This document shows, in pieces, positions 38,825-51,999 of a stretch of DNA of 64,000 nucleotides; the stretch's first letter is position 1; every line of letters starts with the position of its first letter. The position numbers and the translations under genes are program-made. Origin of the DNA: Utricularia gibba (lineage: Eukaryota; Plantae; Magnoliophyta); the NCBI GenBank assembly GCA_002189035.1, contig NEEC01000009.1, forward strand, positions 992,001 to 1,056,000, read 5' to 3'. Under the pieces are notes generated by a model. The model ran no database searches, was not told the DNA's origin, and was given only the letters and a program-made list of their open reading frames with translations.

Positions 38825-39885
38825 ATGAAGGATTACGAGGTGATGGTTATTCGTTTTTCGAAGAATTCTGTTTGGGTTGTGGGGGAATTTTTAGCTGTTT
38901 TAATCCAGATACTTCTTTTTGATAATTTGGTGTCGCCGTTGCTTTTTGTCCGTATATCTGAGTATTTTGTTCTGCTCTTCTAATTCCTGGTAGATTGTAT
39001 TGAGATGGCTGACTTTTTTGTGACAATGGATGGGATTATTTGGCTGCTGTTCCAAATGCGTGAGAAAATGTTTTTCTTTGGCCTGAGGCATTTTCGTTGT
39101 GCGTTCGATAGTTACTGAGGGTGGCCCTGGAATTTTTTATTCGTTTCACACTGCAACATGTATTATGTAGATTTTTCTCACATCAAGCATGTTATGATTA
39201 GAAATATGCGCTGTTCTTGCACATCCTCCTACTTGCAGTTAGACATAGTTCACTTGAAAGAAAAGCATAGTGTAGCAAGGTGAGTGGTAGTGTTTCTTTT
39301 GCTAGTGTGGGGATGTGCTCGTTCGCTGGCATCATGGTACTGAAAATGCTCATGTGTAGAGTGAAATCTTCCTTATTTATTATTGCTCAGTGTGTGCATT
39401 TCTGAAATGGAGTGATACAGGGGATAATATGATCCGTGCCGTGCTCGTATATAATGCTTAGATGTAACCTCAAAAATCTGATGCTAAGCCTCTCATATCT
39501 TAACCCACGCTGTGTACTGCAGACTGAAGAAAAAAAGCAAGCTGCTGCTGATGTTTTATTTCAGTATTCCAAATTTGCATTAGCGTGCATTGGTAATAAA
39601 GCTCGTCCCTGTGACTTGCGTTTGCATTTGATGAAGGTCCATTCCTTTCTCTCTACATCCTACATTCATCATCTCTTTGTTTCTGCTGGTGATGCAATGA
39701 GTGATGAAGGTTACAGATCTTAAACCTTACCATTATCTTGTAAATTTCAGGAAATCTCCGGTCTTCAGACAACATTGAAGAAGGCTTCACCAGCTCCCTC
39801 CACCAAAATGATGCCAGAATCTTCAAGCTCCGTCGTTGCAAGGCTTGATAGATCAGACAGCTCATGCCATACATCTTCAGGTTGA
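38825..39885 (+). CDS. Small conserved uncharacterised protein; 5' exon structure uncertain
   Basis: Exon TEEKKQAAADVLFQYSKFALACIGNKARPCDLRLHLMK spliced to EISGLQTTLKK...SSSVVARLDRSDS. Start placed tentatively at ATG 38825. Confidence 0.6.
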
Positions 39886-40198
39886 AGAATCAGTTGATTT
39901 TGTCGATTAAAAAAGCCATCTTGACCAGTTGATTTTACTGGCTTGTAACTTTGTGCTAAAAAATTAAAACCCAATGTGTAGAAATTTTATTATATGCAAT
40001 CCATATTTAAAAAAAAGTTACTTCACTGAATAACAGCAGTAAATCCGATAATTTATATGGGATTTTTGCAAAGCCTATTTTTTAAATTACAAAAAAACCA
40101 TGGGGCCGCAGAGAGATTATGGTTTTTTGATTGGGCAGAAAGAAAGAGATCCGAGGACGGAGTTCGCAATTCATGTAAAATATAGGGCCAAAACTAAT

Positions 40199-40248
40199 AA
40201 ACGGTAGTATACCAACGGCTACTAGAACGTTTACTATTGCAACGGTCA
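40199..40248 (+). promoter_or_regulatory. Three MSA cores upstream of the MS5-like gene
   Basis: AAACGGT, CCAACGGCT and GCAACGGTC within 50 nt, 130-180 nt upstream of ATG 40378. Confidence 0.65.
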
Positions 40249-40377
40249 AATTTTTTAAATTGTCCATCTTCTTCTTCTATAGCCCCTGCTATCTCCTCTC
40301 TCTCTCGCTCTCTCTCCCGTGCTTCCTTTCACGGTCTCATTACATCTCTGGTTAAAAAGTTGAAATTCTGTGCAACA

Positions 40378-41924
40378 ATGCAAGAGATGTGGAAGGCACC
40401 GCAGGAGTCCCGCCCAACCAAGTCTGCCCTTGTTCGCCGGCGAAGCCGATTGGAATCGGGCGGACGCGGTCGGAGGCCTTCCATGTTGCCTACAAGGTCC
40501 CAATCGGGGACACTCCGTATGTCCGGGCGAAGAATGTTCAAGTCTGTTGATCAAATCAATCTTCTCTTCGCCTCTACAATTTGTGTGCCAGGACACTGAT
40601 TTTGTGGTTTTTGTTTGTCGTGCTCAGCTGGTGGAAAAGGATCCTGACAGGGCGATTCCCTTGTTTTGGGCGGCTATTAATGCTGGAGATAGAGTGGATA
40701 GTGCTCTCAAGGACATGGCCATTGTAATGAAGCAGCAAAACAGGGCCGAGGAAGCTATCGAAGCAATCAAATCCCTGCGCTGCCGGTGTTCGGATCAAGC
40801 ACAGGAATCGCTTGACAACATATTGCTAGACCTATACAAGGTGTGTGTTTTATGCATCTGTGTTTCCATGTCTTAATGGCACTGGTTTGCCTTCACTTAC
40901 AATTGCAACTGTATGCTTCTGTAGAGATGTGGAAGACTGGATGATCAAATAGGCTTGCTGAGGCACAAGCTGCATCTGATTCAGCAGGGAATGGCCTTTA
41001 ACGGGAGGCGCACGAAAACGGCACGGTCCCAAGGGAAGAAGTTTCAGGTATCTGTGGAGCAAGAAGCCACCAGATTACTGGTAAGATTTCTAAGAAACAT
41101 GTATAATGCTGAGAAAATTGTGACTTCTGAAGGAAAGATTGAATCTTTGAATTTCTTAGGGGAACTTGGGATGGGCGTTGATGCAACAAAACAATTATAT
41201 TGAAGCAGAAGATGCTTATAGGCGAGCTCTGTTGCTGGCGCCTGATAACAACAAAATGTGCAATCTAGGAATCTGTCTAATGCAGCAGGGAAGATTGGCA
41301 GAGGCCAATGAAACTTTGCGCAGAGTTAAGCCGGCCATGGCGGACGGCCCGAGAGGCAGCGATTCCCATCTTAAGGCCTACGAGAGAGCCCAACAAATGC
41401 TTCGTGATCTTGAATCGGAGAGAATGAATTGCGGTGGGGATCAGGCGGAGCAGAGAAGACTATTCGACGTGCTTCTCAGCACTTCCGCTCTCTGGCAGCC
41501 TCAGCCCTGCCGAGATCAGGCCACCGGAGCCGTTTCAATTCCAAAGCCATATGAAGAAGCCTTTGCAGATGAGAATGCAAACTCCAACTTGCAGACAAAC
41601 ACCCTGGAAATGCTGAAAAAGAAGCAGCAAAGTTGTCACACAACAATGAACTCACTCAACATCGATGCACCTCCCTTTTATGTCTCAAAAGGCTCCTCAT
41701 TTGCGGACAGTCTCAAGAGAACAAGGTCAGGAAACACACCAAAATCATCAGCTCCAGAAAACAAGGAAAACTGGGCTGATTTTCTGCCTGACAATAAGGA
41801 TTTTGAGGATGCAATAATAGCAGGGGCGATTCTGGGTACGAAGAAGGAGGAAAACGGAATGATGCCGCAGAAGAAGGTAGACAAGAGGCTCAAAGTATTT
41901 CAAGAGATAACACCACGGGCTTGA
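40378..41924 (+). CDS. MS5/TDM1/POLLENLESS3-like TPR protein (At3g51280-like); frameshift in exon 1
   Basis: RPTKSA/(P)CSPAKP...KVPIGDTPYVRAKNVQLVEKDPDRAIPLFWAAINAGDRVDSALKDMAIVMKQQNRAEEAIEAIKS...GNLGWALMQQNNY...PDNNKMCNLGICLM...RLKVFQEIT. One C missing at 40427-40429. Confidence 0.9.
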
Positions 41925-42575
41925 CAGCAAGCAACATAACTTATTAACCTTATGGTTGAGATGAACACTTAGTTCTTTCTCTTCATTGTTTTCTCACTGT
42001 TGAAGCTAGTGGGATTGTGGGAGTGACGTAACTCCATCCCTCTTCGATTTGATTATCCAAATAACATAACCCAGAAAAAAAGGTCGGACTTTTTTTCAGT
42101 TATCAAATTTCTTTACTGTATCGGAAGCTCCAAATAAAAGATCAGGTGGATTAGGCGAGAATTCCGAGTGAAGAAAGAGAGATGGCGAGCGGTTCAACGG
42201 CAGCATTTGCATGCTAAAAAAAGGAAACCCAATTTTAATTGCCAAGACAAGCAAAAATCTTGCCTCCAATGACCGGTTGTTTTCTTTCATACTTTCAGTT
42301 TTTCTCTCATCTCCACATCGCCCAGTACATATTCCAATCTGGGGTTTCTTGTTCATTGATCATTCCGCGTAAAGGAGTTGAAGGGGTTGAAAAAGCCGTT
42401 CTCTTTTTTACTTCCGGTGGTACTAGTTTTTGCAATTTATCTCCTTTTCAGAGCTAACACTATCAAGATTTCTATGTATTTCGCTAGGTATGGTTGTCGT
42501 TTTCAAGTCCAAGCAAATCTAACTACCCGATAGCGAGAAGGAGAAAAGAGAAACTTGTGCGGACGGCCAAATTAG

Positions 42576-43762
<1,187 letters not shown>

Positions 43763-44218
43763 ATCCACCAAGTGAGCCGGTTCTGAGTTGCAGGTCTGAG
43801 AAGTTGGATTCGCCTCGCGTTGCATGGAGTGCATACAGAAAAAAGTCGACTCTCAGCATATGAAGAACAAGATTGGCAGAAGTGACCATCTAGAACATTC
43901 TCGATTCAACCAATTTCTCATGATCTCAGTCTATATGCAGTCATGTGCTGTGTTCTTCTTTCTAGTTTGTCTTGTTCGGGGATCAGTTATTTCATTCTAT
44001 TCAACATCTACTCTGTTCCAACCATCTAACAGTCCATGCACTATTGGGCTAAACGGTTGAACCGGCCCAACTAAAATGGGCTCAGATACACGGTCCGTGC
44101 AGTGTTGGGCTTGATGCGGTCCATATATGCGTCGTTTGGTTTTGCTTTAATTGTGGTATGCGAACTGCGACCTCATTGTCAGCGTCGGCTTAAACCTGGG
44201 CGGCGATCGTTTGATAAA

Positions 44219-47200
44219 ATGGCGGGACGACGCCGGGATGATGACAGAGAAGGAAGAGATGAAGCGTCGCCGGTGTACAATGTGGTCTTCGTTGACACTA
44301 GCCTCGATACTCACCTTGCTATGCCCGTATCGGGCTCTGATACCTTATCGCAATTCAAAGGCGTGTCTTCCGTATCTTTTGTTATTGGATTTCTGAAAAA
44401 TGTTAAATTCTCAGGAATTCTGACTTTTTATGCGGTTATGGTGATTGCTATATTTTTTTTTATGCAGAAAGGATGGAGGTGGAGCACATGAACTGTTTTC
44501 CAGAAATTGGGAAGATACATATCAATTCCTTGAAGGTGACAGATTGTGAACTTTTTTATGTTGGGTTCACGATTTCGTGCTGATTTATTGTTTATGATCT
44601 TTCTAGATCAAATATGGAGGAAACTTTTATCATATTCCAGATTCTTTGGTTGTCTCGAGTTTGTTTGTCGGGGAAAGGGAAGCTTGGTCTCTTTCAGCTG
44701 ATGTTTCCAAGGATTCAACTCTTCTCTTATGTCAGTTTCCTTCGAATGTGGATATCAAAGATGATGCAGTTACAGTTTCGAAAAATGTAATTGATTGTGC
44801 AGAAACTTTGCCCTCGAACATGAATATTAGGCCAGGTGTCTCTTTATCTCTGCCTGGTGCTGATAATGTAAACAATATAGTTGCATCTGTAATTGCTGAG
44901 GTTGAGGCTGATCTGGTTCAAAATCGTAATGATGAAATGGATGCTCCGAAAACATCCACCGACCTGAGTACTGAAAAGGAAACGGTTTCTGGCGTAATTG
45001 CTAGACTTGAGGGTGAGAAATCTCCAGAGAACGCTGTAGGCTCACCCAGCAGTGCGTTTTCCGATGGAAATTCTTTGGAAAGAAAATCTCGGAGAAGAAA
45101 GAAGAGGAAAGTATGCCCTGAGGAATATGCAAGCCAGAATACAATTTTAGAAGATAGTAGCCACATATTAGATGAATCCACCAAGGATTCATCTAATCTT
45201 AAGATTGTTAACAGCAAGGATTCAACAACTGATGCTGCAAAGGAAGGGCTCAGATGTCTGTTCAACTCGGATCATCAAGCTGATCCTAGTCAATTTAAGG
45301 TAATTACCAAAGACTCAGGTTTTAGCACCTCTCAATATGTTATTGAGAAATGCGGTGAGGTTTTTGATGGAGGACTCTCTCCGACAATGGCAAAAAAGAG
45401 TACGCCTGAGGACTCTCAAAGCACTCTTGTGGGAGATGAAATAGGAAACCAACATGTCAGGTTTGATCGTTCTTTATGTCTTGAAGAGTCTGTGCTAGAG
45501 GAAAGTTTTGATGGGAAAAAGAATGAGAAAAGGAAAAGGACAAAGAAGGTTGTGCATGCTGCTACAGAAATACTTGAAACAGCATCTCCGAATCTCGACA
45601 ATATTGAAAATATGAAGCTGCCCTCTGACACACAAAATGATGGTGAAAAATCTGTACAGGAGGAAGGCCTCGATGTGGAAAACAGTGAGAAAGGGAAAAT
45701 GAGAAAAGATGTGAATACTGCTACAGAAACGTTTGATGCAACATTGAGGAACCTTGAAAAAACTGAAAGAGTAAAGCTGCCCTGCGAAATTCAAACTGCT
45801 GGTGAAGGTTCTGTACGAGAGGAAAATTTGGATCAGAAGAAAATCGAGAAAAGGAAAAAGAAAAAGAGAGATGTGAATTCTGCTACAGAAATACTTGATA
45901 CTACATCAAAAAACCTTGAAAAAACTGAACGTATGAAGCTGGCCCCTGAAACCGGAAATGTAGGTGAAGAGTCTGTGCGAGAGGTGAATTGTGATGGGAA
46001 AAAGAACGAAAAAAGAAAAAAGAGAAAAAGAGATATGGATACTTCTATGAACCATGGAAAATCTGAATCTATGAACCTGATCTCTGAAGCTCAAAATGTA
46101 GATGAAGCAAAGGATGTTTTGTCCATGAAACGTTGCTCTGAATTACTGATGGAATCCTCAAACTGCAAGTCATCTGAGCTTGCTGGTTTAGATTTGATCC
46201 AGAAAGAAACAAGCATCGTGCCACCATCTTCCTCCGATCCAAATCCCATAATGGAGCCTAAGACTTCCGATGGTATCAAAAAGAAGAAGAAGAGGAAGAA
46301 CCGTAATGAGGCTACTATGGAGAAGTCAGGTGTGGATCAGTCTGATAAACTGTCCCCTGATATATGGCCCGCAATAGTGAACAATGAATGCAGCGACTTT
46401 TGCAATGATGGAGTTGATTCCCAGCTGAAATTGGATTCATCTATGCATTCTAATGAGAAGATGCCGGATGCCAATGGAGATGGTTTCAACACTGTGCCCT
46501 TGAATCAAAAACCTCAGCAAGTCAGCAATGTCGTCAGTGGGAAGGGGAATGTGGAAGAAATTACTAAAGAAAGCCAAGAAGAACCTGCTTCGGAAAGAGA
46601 ACTTCAGGGCAAGGAGTTGAATGAGCTGAAGGTGAATTTGGAAGCTGAGGATGAGAAGTCCAAAAAGAGAAAAAAGAAGTCATCAAGATCCAGCTTGGCA
46701 GGCCTGAAAGATACACTACAAGTCGAAGATCCAGAATTTGATAATAAGGCGTCATCAAAGAAAGGTGTGCGTGATTTCACACAGTCAGAACAAGTGAGTG
46801 ACTCTGCTAGACCTCTGCTTCTTTCACAGAGAAGTAATGAAGCCCTTGGAGAGAACCAGATGACTCGTATCAATACCAGTGATATTGAAACAGCCAAAAA
46901 CGAAGGCGAAAAAATTGATTTCCACGAATACTTTGGATCTGCGAAAAAAACTGGTAAAGATGAAATCGTATCCGAAGAATGTCAGTCAAATGAGGGGAAT
47001 CGGGCTCCCAAAGCACGGGGGCGTAGCAAGATTCCTTCTTTATCTTCTTCTAGAAAACAAACGAGTGCATCCATTGATAAATCAAGTGCTTGCAATTCAG
47101 AGACATCGCATAAGAAGAGAAGGAACATCACGAGTTCACGTCCAGCTCAGGGTGCTGTGGCAAAAAAGGCAGTGACAAAAACTTTGCCAATAAAACTAGG

Positions 47201-47663
47201 CTCGGTTTTTGAAACTGATAGCGATCGCAGTTACGAAGATGAGAAGGGGAAAGTTCATTCAGGTCACAGCACCAATAGTCCATCAAGTAGTTCTTCTGAG
47301 TCCATCCATACCAAGGGTGAAAGTGAACTGAACCTCAATTCAGCTAGAAATGGTATGCTGTAGCTGTACTTTCTATTCATTTAGAAGTTGACCTCCAGTT
47401 TGCATTATGTATAACTACGTCTTCTTGACCTCATCTCAGGAACCAGCAAAGCGACTCCAAACTTACTGTAAGTCTCTCACTGATGAGCTTGTATGTTTTC
47501 TTCATTGAAAATCTTGGTGTTATTACTAATACCTGTGCCTTGGAGCAGTGATTCGGGATCCAAGGGCATGACAATGGGCATGATCCTTAGGAACTCACAG
47601 ATTTTCAAACAAGCACTGAATCGAGCCTCATCCCAAGACGAAATCGAGCCTACAGACAGCTGA
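44219..47663 (+). CDS. Large Lys/Glu/Ser-rich protein of unknown function with a conserved N-terminal domain and internal repeats
   Basis: N-terminal VFVDTSLDTHLAMPVS...EHMNCFPEIGKIHINSLKIKYGGNFYHIPDS; 2.7-kb exon 44607-47352; two small 3' exons ending MILRNSQIFKQALNRASSQDEIEPTDS*. Confidence 0.8.
45487..46040 (+). repeat. Coding tandem repeat, about 160-nt unit (53-54 aa), about 3.4 copies
   Basis: Units begin SVLEESFDGKKNEKRK, SVQEEGLDVENSEKGK, SVREENLDQKKIEKRK and SVREVNCDGKKNEKRK; the first three each contain ATE(I/T)(L/F)...NL...KL. Confidence 0.85.
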
Positions 47664-48045
47664 CCGCAAGAACCTTTCTCTAAAACGCAACATAAGAGTT
47701 AGAATAAATTGGAGCCGCCTATCCATGAACTTTATGTTATTCTCCTTTGAATTGAAGGCCACCCCTCAGGCGAGTTTTGTACTTTGTTCCTCTGAAAGTG
47801 CAAATTTTGAATTTTGAAAGTGTAACTTTGAGCTTCCCCCATGCTGTGCGGTATGATAAACATTGAAAATTGAAAAAAAAAATGATTATTGTCTTGGAAA
47901 AATACAAGTTCTTCATGAATGCCAGTTTAACTAAAAACAATGTTTTCTCTACGTAAGTGAGATCAGAAATAATCAGCTTTGCTTCAGGGCAACTCCAAAG
48001 TTGCAACTCTAACAGCAACAGTTACATGGAGGTCAGTAACTAGTA

Positions 48046-50083
48046 CTAACTGCTGCTTTGTGCATTGCACTGCTTGGCCTCTTTCTGTGCATCAAACCGA
48101 GCAGGTTCGCATCTTGCTGCGTATCCGAATTTTAGGGTGTTGTATTTTCTATGAACTCCTGTAAGTTTTCCTGTTTCTGCCTTCTCATGAAATTCAACCA
48201 TCTCCCTTGAACACTCTCTGTCCAGTGAAAAGATTGTTATGTAAAATTCGAATCTCCCACTTCATTTAACACCAAGTACTCACCGTAACTCTTCTTCTGA
48301 GTAGCCTGTGTGCCATTCACAGGTCTTGCTCCATTGCCCTACTCCATATAACGTCAACTGTGCGGTGTAAACAGCAGCAGCAGCAAGGAATGAAGGTGAG
48401 TGCTTGAGCATTTCATACTCCACCAGGCAAAGCTCAATCAGGAAGAAAGCCAGATGCTCAAGCTACATGCATAGAATACCAAGTTAAGTTCTTTATCTGT
48501 TTAGTAGTAAATAATTCATGAAGTCAATCGAGTAGTGGTATTCTTCCCCAACCTTTCGATCGGATTGTGCAGCCTTGAGGAAGCGTCTCATGAACACATA
48601 TGGAGTTGGAACAGACATATTGAATTGCAGGGTGTTCAGCATCAGTTTCTCCTGTGGTGTAAAGCAGCACAATTTAGATTAATAGCTGTTGCTTGAACTT
48701 TAACCATGTTAATTTCTTACCATTTCAAGGACCTCCTTCCTTGTATATGCCTTATCTGAAATGAAGATCAGATCAGCAACCACAGGGACAGAAACTTCCT
48801 CGTACTTGCAAGCTAAGAGCATAGCCACAAGGCCAACAAGCTGCAACTTCTTTCTAGCAACCGATTGGGTAGCTAAAAACCGATCTATCAGGTTTACTGT
48901 CAGGAACAGTGTCTCTTCTCGAAGTTCAAATTTATGGTGAACCTCAACCAGCCAGTCGATGAGAATGGCTCGCATTCTCTCATTGATGTCGAATTGATTT
49001 ACCATATATACAGAAGAAACGCAGCTGGAGCTCTGCAACAAGCAACAATGGCTGCTCTCTCAGTACACTGCACTTTGCTTATCATCTTCCAACTGAGATG
49101 CATCAAAACCAGTATGATTAAGCTGGGATTGTTGTAATGTACCTCTATTTTCTTGTAATGTGCATATAAATCTTCTATGTAGTCTACAACGGCAAGTGGA
49201 TCCTTGCAGTCCTCGCCCTTGCATCCTCGCCATCATGTCCACGATTGTCTCTTCAAATATGTCATCCATTTCAACCTCCTCCTACAAAAGTGTCATTTTG
49301 TTACTTGAATACACATTCGAACAACGAGATTCTGTATGAATACGAGAAGGGCGCTCACTGTTTGGCTCGTTTCTGCTCTTGCAACCTCGGGACGCTCCAG
49401 AGACATGGGCTCAGCTTCAGTTAGAGGAATGTCCTCCCACACTGTGAGCTTATTTGCACCAGTCCTTGCCTTCTTTGCTTCCTGCTAAGCTCAGGGTTGT
49501 CATTTTCGTTATACTGAACTTTCAATTCAACTTCACAAGGAAGCAGATGCTACCTCAGGGTAATTTTGCTGTGGAAACCCCAACTGTACAGCGCACTTCC
49601 TGGGAAATTTTGAGAAAAATACATGAAGCTAGAATCCAACGAACCTACAAGAAGTAACAAAATTACTGCAATCTGACCTCGTGACGGGTCTGTTTTCTGC
49701 CAAACTTGCATTTTCCCTGGAGAAAATTCAAACAGGAAACGACAATTCATTTTCAGCGAAACAACAAACATGACAAAATTTTAGCTCGAAGATCTTTAGA
49801 TTTGTACTCTGCCAGTCCTCTCTTGTTAACAGCACCACAGAAATGAGCACCAGGAGCTTCTCCAAGATCGCGATTAATAACACTTAAAGGTCTTCTCTTC
49901 GGCCAAACCTCTACACCAAACTTCCTCCCCGTCATCGCCCCGTCTGCCATTTTCCCATAACCAAGAGTTAAAAGGAGCAAACACCCAATACAGAAAACCA
50001 ATGCAGCTACCTGTGGGTGGTCTAATCAAAAGATTATTCTTATTCTCATCAGAAACAGCAATCTCTTCTGCTTTTCTCAGCAT
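48046..50083 (-). CDS. CYCB2: B2-type mitotic cyclin; frame disrupted around 49201-49238
   Basis: AVSDENK start exon, D-box [21 protein letters not shown], cyclin box [16 protein letters not shown]...[54 protein letters not shown]. Confidence 0.93.
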
Positions 50084-50224
50084 CTCTAAAGTTGGTTTTT
50101 GAGAGAAAAGGAAGAAACTTTCAATGGAATAAGAAGAAGAATTCAAACATGAAAAAAAAGACAAGATTTTGAGGAGCGATAGGGGGGTTATGTAATTGTG
50201 AAGTGGGGACGAACACACAGACCC

Positions 50225-50270
50225 CTCCTGTCTCTCTCCCTCTCTCTTCCTCTCTCTCTCTCTCTCTCGC
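50225..50270 (+). repeat. CT-rich microsatellite in the CYCB2 leader/promoter
   Basis: Imperfect (CT)n run. Confidence 0.7.
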
Positions 50271-50297
50271 TCCGCTGGCTGTCGCTTCCCAACTCTA

Positions 50298-50662
50298 AAC
50301 GGCTTAATATAATTCCCTTGTTTTCAAAAGTAACGGCTAGTGAAGGGCGTCCGTTGGATCACAAAAAAAAGACACAAAAGCTTGTGTCGGGACACAGACA
50401 CAACGGTAACCTTGCGCTATTGTACGCCGCCACGTGGCATCTAGAAATCGTTTTGTTTTAAACACACCTGACATCACCCATTTTTACTAAAAAAAACTAT
50501 ACTTTCCAACGGATACCAAATACGCCTTTAAATCTGTCTTTAATATTAAAAAATATAAAAAAAAACATGAAAATGAGCGTTAAAATAAAATTAAATAAAT
50601 AATCAATTTATACAATTATTTCAAAAATCGAAATTACGATCCATCGAATAACTGTTCAACGG
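50298..50662. promoter_or_regulatory. Cluster of six MSA cores plus a G-box in the CYCB2 promoter
   Basis: AACGG at 50298, 50332, 50351 (reverse, TCCAACGG), 50402, 50508 (TCCAACGG) and 50658; palindromic GCCACGTGGC at about 50428. Confidence 0.75.
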
Positions 50663-51613
50663 TCAATCTCGAATACCCGACCCGGCCCAAGACCCGCAGT
50701 CCAAAAATAGAACACGGTCCTCTCTCAACACGGTGACCATATAAAAATGGGCCCGGTCCGGTCCGCAATCCCATTGTAATAACAGCACAGCCGAGCCGAG
50801 CCGCGGCGGGGCCCACGTTCGGTGGTCAAGACAATTTTCTTTTCTTTCGTTTAATTTATTACATTAATAAAAGCATAAAGCATCTGTTTTATAATGCATG
50901 GATAATTATGGTACGGAAATGATATGAAGGGATTAATCAGCATGATTTGTAGCTTGGTTGAGCTCGAAAGGTGTCTAAGTATTGGAGATTTATATGTATC
51001 TTGGGATATTAATCTGGATGAATTATGGGGAAAAAAGGATTTACGAGGTTTGGACGACTTACCAACTCGAAATTGGATGATTGAATTTGATTCTATTTGG
51101 GGTTTGGCTGAAATTAGGTGGCTTATGGAACTTATAGAATGTAACTTAAATGTGATGAGTGCAAGGCATTTTCGTGCTCAGGTCGCACCGCATCTCGCAT
51201 ATAATGCAAGGATTCCTGGAGCCAGGCGTGTGTTTGTGCATGCTGCATTTGCTCTCCGGGGGGAGACATGGATTCCGGCAATGGGGAACCTGGGGGAGGG
51301 TTCTCGTCGGATCCTCTGAACCCAAAAGGTAGAGGAGGAGGAGGAGGAGGAGAGAGGAGAAGGGTGCTGCTTCTGGGGTTTCTGAGGCTCCGCCGGCTTC
51401 ACAGTCACTAACCCTGAGAATGGGAGTTCCGGGGCAGTCTGCTTTCCGGTGGTATACGAGGCCAGTTCCGCCTCCGCCTCCACCCCTACCACCGCCGCCG
51501 CCACCACGGCGGAATCCGGTTTCTGGAGGGTTAGGGTTTTTGGGTAGGCAGGGTCTTGTTGTGACGGTGGACGGGGGATACAATCCGTGCCAGGACCCGG
51601 ATCCGGCGGTGAG

Positions 51614-51999
51614 ATGACCCGGAAGAAGATGCGGCACGGAGAAGGATCCGGGAAGCAGGCGAAGCCCGGATCCGGCAAGGGTGGTGAACATACAAAATGC
51701 GTTGTCTGCGGAAAAGGGTTTGCTTCTGAGAAAGCTTTGTTTGGGCACATGCGATCCCACCCGGGAAGAGGATGGAGGGGCGCTTACCCTCCCCCTCTTT
51801 CCGTGCTAGCGAGGAGTTCGCCGATGTTCGGGCTCTCCAGCAAGCCAATGCAACCGCCGCCTCCGCCGCCGCCCCACACCAGGACGCCTCCGCAGCATCT
51901 TTACTGGAACCTGGCCCCCGCCACCGTGGACGCAAGCCCCCTGAGAACAGCCGTACCCTTCCCGACCTCAACCGCTCGCCGCCATCGGATGATGAATAA
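51614..51999 (+). CDS. Single C2H2 zinc-finger protein with a DLN (EAR-like) motif, DAZ3-like; 1-nt frameshift at 51791-51795; may extend 5' to ATG 51268
   Basis: CVVCGKGFASEKALFGHMRSHPGRGWRGAYPP/(P)SFRASEEFADV...TLPDLNRSPPSDDE*. Upstream Pro/Gly-rich frames could be joined by two further single-base additions. Confidence 0.75.

Noticed and set aside
39480-39525. TATCTTAAC...CCAC as a U12 AT-AC branch point and acceptor
   Set aside because: No ATATCC donor found upstream; a normal CAG acceptor follows.
50670-50820. GC-rich CCCGACCCGGCCC / GGGCCC motifs as hAT-MITE ends
   Set aside because: No matching inverted partner found; equally explained as promoter site II-like elements.
51146-51760. 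Two long minus-strand ORFs (204 and 190 aa)
   Set aside because: GC-rich antisense shadows of the zinc-finger locus with no recognisable motif.
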